Assembly (NCBI GenBank): GCA_965662575.1
Contig: CBFIHN010000003.1
Location: forward strand, 1 to 59,913
Reading direction: 5' to 3'
DNA: 59,913 nt
Source: Gammaproteobacteria bacterium
GTDB taxonomy: Bacteria; Pseudomonadota; Gammaproteobacteria; Francisellales; CACEW01
Position numbers and translations under genes: made by a program. The notes beneath the pieces were generated by a model. It did no database searches, was not told the DNA's origin, and saw only the letters and a list, made by a program, of their open reading frames with translations. Each line of letters opens with the position of its first letter. Positions within the stretch are counted from its first letter, which is position 1. Below, one piece after another: positions 56,541 to 59,913 of this stretch.

Positions 56541-56572
56541 TGACTCAAGCCGAGGAACATCATAACAACAGT

Positions 56573-58489
56573 CTACTTTTCATCGGGGGCTTGCGCATCA
56601 CTTTTTGTTATCTCAGCGTCAGACTGCTCAGATTGGTTGTTGATATCAGCGTTACTGTACTCCATCGGCTCACGCACTGGTTTGCGCTCCATTAAATCAT
56701 CAACCTGATCCGAATCAATGGTTTCATATTTCATCAAAGCATCCGCCATCGCATGCAAGATGTCCATATTCTTTTCCAATAATTGTCTTGCATGGGTATA
56801 AGCATCATCAATAATTTTACGTACTTCAACATCAATTGCCGTGGCAGTTTCATCGGAGAATTCTGTTTTAGAACTCATGCCCATGCTATGGCCTAAGAAG
56901 GGCTGCTCTTGGTCATCACCATAGGTTAATGGGCCCATTTTTTCTGATAAACCCCACTTGGTCACCATATTGCGTGCTATTTCCGTGGCGCGCTGAATAT
57001 CATTCGACGCACCGGTCGTGACCTTATCCGGACCAAACACCAACTCCTCGGTGAGGCGACCACCAAATAAACTACACAGCTGGCTAATAAGTTTCTGCCG
57101 ACTATAACTCACCTGATCACGCTCAGGCAGATACATCGTGACACCTAATGCTCGACCCCGTGGAATAATGCTGACTTTATAAACTGGGTCATGGTCTGGC
57201 ACCAAACGACCAACCACTGCATGACCTGCTTCATGATACGCCGTCAGCTTTTTCTCATCATCCGTCATCGCCATAGAGCGGCGCTCTGCGCCCATCAAAA
57301 TTTTGTCTTTGGCTTTTTCAAAGTCTGACATGGTGACTTTTTTCTTCGCCTGACGTGCCGCAAATAAGGCAGCCTCATTCACTAAATTGGCCAATTCGGC
57401 ACCAGAAAAGCCAGGGGTACCACGGGCTAAGAATTTTGGCTCTACATTATCCGATATACTCACTTTGCGCATGTGAACTTTGAGAATCTGTTCACGACCT
57501 TTCACATTAGGCAATGCGACTGTCACTTGACGGTCAAAACGACCTGGACGCAATAGCGCTGGGTCCAACACATCGGGGCGGTTAGTTGCCGCAATGACAA
57601 TGACTCCTTCATTATCAGCGAAACCATCCATTTCAACTAATAATTGGTTTAGCGTTTGCTCACGTTCATCATGACCACCCCCCATACCAGTACCACGATG
57701 ACGACCAACAGCATCGATCTCATCGATGAAGATAATGCATGGCGAACGTTTTTTTGCTTGCTCAAACATATCACGCACACGCGAAGCACCTACACCGACA
57801 AACATCTCAACAAAATCTGAACCAGAAATTGAGAAAAAGGGTACTTTGGCCTCGCCAGAAATCGCACGAGCTAATAAGGTTTTACCGGTACCAGGCGGAC
57901 CAACCATCAAAATACCCCGTGGGATTTTACCGCCAAGATCATGGTATTTTTTTGGGTCTTTAAGAAAATCGACAATTTCGCCCACTTCTTCTTTGGCTTC
58001 CTCAACACCCGCCACATCCGCTAAAGTCACTTTCACCTGATCTTCACCAAGTAAACGCGCCTTGCTTTTACCAAATGAGAAGGCTCCGCCACCACGACCA
58101 GCACCCATTTGGCGCATTAAGAAAATCCAGATACCAATCAGCAGGATAAAGGGGAACCAGCTAATAAAAATTGACATTAACAAACTGCGCTTAGCCGGTG
58201 GCTGCGCCTTGACGGCAACATCATTGGCTAATAAGCGATCAGTGATAAATGGATCCTTCCAAGGGATATAAGTACTAAATGACACGCCACTAGACGTCAC
58301 ACCTCGGATATTTTGGTCCTGGATAACCACACTTTTAACTTGACCTTTATCGACTTGGTGAATAAACGTTGAGTAATCAATTGCCTGTGTGCCGGCTGCT
58401 TGTTGGCGTGCCGAAAAGTTGCTAAACACGGCGACTAGAATAACTGCGATAATCACCCACAGCAACGCATTTTTCATTGTGCTATTCAT
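56573..58489 (-). CDS. ftsH: ATP-dependent zinc metalloprotease FtsH
   Basis: 638 aa. Two TM helices, Walker A GPPGTGKT, the SRH region, and zinc motif HEAGHA. Confidence 0.97.
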   Translation of the reverse strand: MNSTMKNALLWVIIAVILVAVFSNFSARQQAAGTQAIDYSTFIHQVDKGQVKSVVIQDQNIRGVTSSGVSFSTYIPWKDPFITDRLLANDVAVKAQPPAKRSLLMSIFISWFPFILLIGIWIFLMRQMGAGRGGGAFSFGKSKARLLGEDQVKVTLADVAGVEEAKEEVGEIVDFLKDPKKYHDLGGKIPRGILMVGPPGTGKTLLARAISGEAKVPFFSISGSDFVEMFVGVGASRVRDMFEQAKKRSPCIIFIDEIDAVGRHRGTGMGGGHDEREQTLNQLLVEMDGFADNEGVIVIAATNRPDVLDPALLRPGRFDRQVTVALPNVKGREQILKVHMRKVSISDNVEPKFLARGTPGFSGAELANLVNEAALFAARQAKKKVTMSDFEKAKDKILMGAERRSMAMTDDEKKLTAYHEAGHAVVGRLVPDHDPVYKVSIIPRGRALGVTMYLPERDQVSYSRQKLISQLCSLFGGRLTEELVFGPDKVTTGASNDIQRATEIARNMVTKWGLSEKMGPLTYGDDQEQPFLGHSMGMSSKTEFSDETATAIDVEVRKIIDDAYTHARQLLEKNMDILHAMADALMKYETIDSDQVDDLMERKPVREPMEYSNADINNQSEQSDAEITKSDAQAPDEK

Positions 58490-58548
58490 GAAATTACTAA
58501 AGCCTTTTTTGAGAACACATTGATTATAACCACAAGCGTGGCGTAATG

Positions 58549-59712
58549 CTATGACACACTGCGCCGCGGAAACAGAACAATCACTGCGGCCAATGTAGTC
58601 ATCACCAACAAAGTGACGGCCATCGGCATAGCTGAAAGGCTATGAAAGTAACTGATCACCAAACTGGATAATGCCCCAGCGCCTGCAAACAATATGCCCA
58701 TCAAACTCGCCGCAGAACTTGATTTATCCGGCAAACATGCAAAGGCCCTTGCCCGGGTGACAGGCAACAAACTCCCCATGCCAAAGGTATACAGTATCAT
58801 GGGAATTAACACGCATAAAAAATTACTCTGATACAAGCTAAGCAATAACATGAGCAACGACGCACCGATAACCAAGCCCAGTGCTATATAAGTATGCCAT
58901 TTCGCGGTGATGCGCTGGCCGAATGTTACCGTGAGCATTTTTCCTGATAAATTGCCTGCAACAATCAGGAGGCTAAAATAGCCGACAACACTTGGGCTTA
59001 AATGCCAGGTATTGATATAGAGAAAAAAGGCGCTGGAGAAGTAAACAAACATACCAGAGGTGATCAAGGCCAAACCTAATAATGGCATGAGGAAATCTCG
59101 ATTTTTCACTAATTGCCCATAAGCAAATTCTAGTTGGAATTTTTTTTTGACTGGTCGCGGTGCTTTAGGTAATGCCCACAGACAATAGACAAAAATCACG
59201 ATACCCAACACAATCAAAAAATAAAAATTAGCACGCCAACCCATTAGCGACGTTAAATGTCCACCAATAATCATCGCTAAAGCTGGTGCCCAGACCACCA
59301 ACATACCCGTAAAGGCCAAGATCTTTGCTGTCTTACCAACTTTGCCATAGATATCCTGAATAATCGCTTTTGCAAGCGCCGGGGAAAAGCCAATGCCAAT
59401 CGAGATAAAAAAGATGCCGAGATACAAGGCGGCAATGTGCTGCGCAAAGGCACAGATGAATGCACCAAACACATAGACAGGCAAACCCAAAAGCAAAATA
59501 CGTCGCCGACCAAAATAGTCAGCTAGTGGCCCAGCGAAAAATTGCGCCATCAAAGCCCCGATTAAGAATATCGTTAAACAGCGTTGTAGCGCGTGACTAG
59601 TCGTTGCAAAAGCTTCCACCATGAGCGGTAAGGCAATAAGATAAATATCACCAGAGAGTTTTTTGCCCATCTCTAGAAATACAACACTGCTTAAAGTCTT
59701 GGTATTTTTCAT
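58549..59712 (-). CDS. MFS transporter, Bcr/CflA-like drug-efflux subfamily
   Basis: 387 aa, 12 predicted TM helices, [14 protein letters not shown] loop motif. Confidence 0.8.
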   Translation of the reverse strand: MKNTKTLSSVVFLEMGKKLSGDIYLIALPLMVEAFATTSHALQRCLTIFLIGALMAQFFAGPLADYFGRRRILLLGLPVYVFGAFICAFAQHIAALYLGIFFISIGIGFSPALAKAIIQDIYGKVGKTAKILAFTGMLVVWAPALAMIIGGHLTSLMGWRANFYFLIVLGIVIFVYCLWALPKAPRPVKKKFQLEFAYGQLVKNRDFLMPLLGLALITSGMFVYFSSAFFLYINTWHLSPSVVGYFSLLIVAGNLSGKMLTVTFGQRITAKWHTYIALGLVIGASLLMLLLSLYQSNFLCVLIPMILYTFGMGSLLPVTRARAFACLPDKSSSAASLMGILFAGAGALSSLVISYFHSLSAMPMAVTLLVMTTLAAVIVLFPRRSVS

Positions 59713-59913
59713 TAGTCCTTCCCACCTAGCACTGGATCAAGATCAAACACGATAATATGACGGAACAATACTATGATAAATTGATCATTTTTAGCAATAA
59801 AAACACTAAATTATTTATTTTTCATGCCGCTAAAATAATATTTAATGTTAAAAAAATTTACATGATTTTAAACTGATGTTATATTTGTCATTAATTTCAT
59901 AAAAAATACAATG

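Overview
This is a 59.9-kb chromosomal segment of a Gram-negative gammaproteobacterium. The taxon cannot be fixed without a database search. A BarA/GacS/LetS-type kinase, dense transporter content and a giant orphan ORF are reminiscent of Legionellales/Coxiellales-like host-associated lineages. About 90% of the window is coding, and most of it is housekeeping. Recognisable genes are: pyrE-hda; secB; a trpR-permease pair; hldE-hldD-yghU-like; zipA-ligA; a dedA-hybrid sensor kinase pair; the complete atpIBEFHAGDC operon; relA; recG; aroE; nadA-nadC-tadA; cysZ; carB (with no carA); holB; a peptidoglycan-recycling cluster (anmK, an enlarged MurQ/GCKR-like SIS protein, nagA); bcp; rsgA; and ftsH. 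Transporters include two HAAAP permeases, three MFS, one NCS2 and one CPA2. Many neighbours overlap by 4-38 nt, which suggests translational coupling. I found no rRNA, tRNA, CRISPR array, transposase or integrase. Four things are not explained by housekeeping annotation. (1) A ~142-bp palindromic MITE/REP-like repeat is present as three full copies and one half copy; two copies bracket nagA, and the pattern of arm differences suggests function as RNA. (2) A low-GC 1165-aa orphan protein with a strong ribosome-binding site sits between yghU-like and zipA. (3) A Sec-signal RHS/YD-repeat protein carries an unrecognised 348-aa Gly/Ala-rich C-terminal domain and has no immunity, PAAR or VgrG partner. 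(4) A low-GC two-gene orphan cassette lies between hda and secB. All calls come from reading the supplied ORF translations and the DNA; no searches were run.
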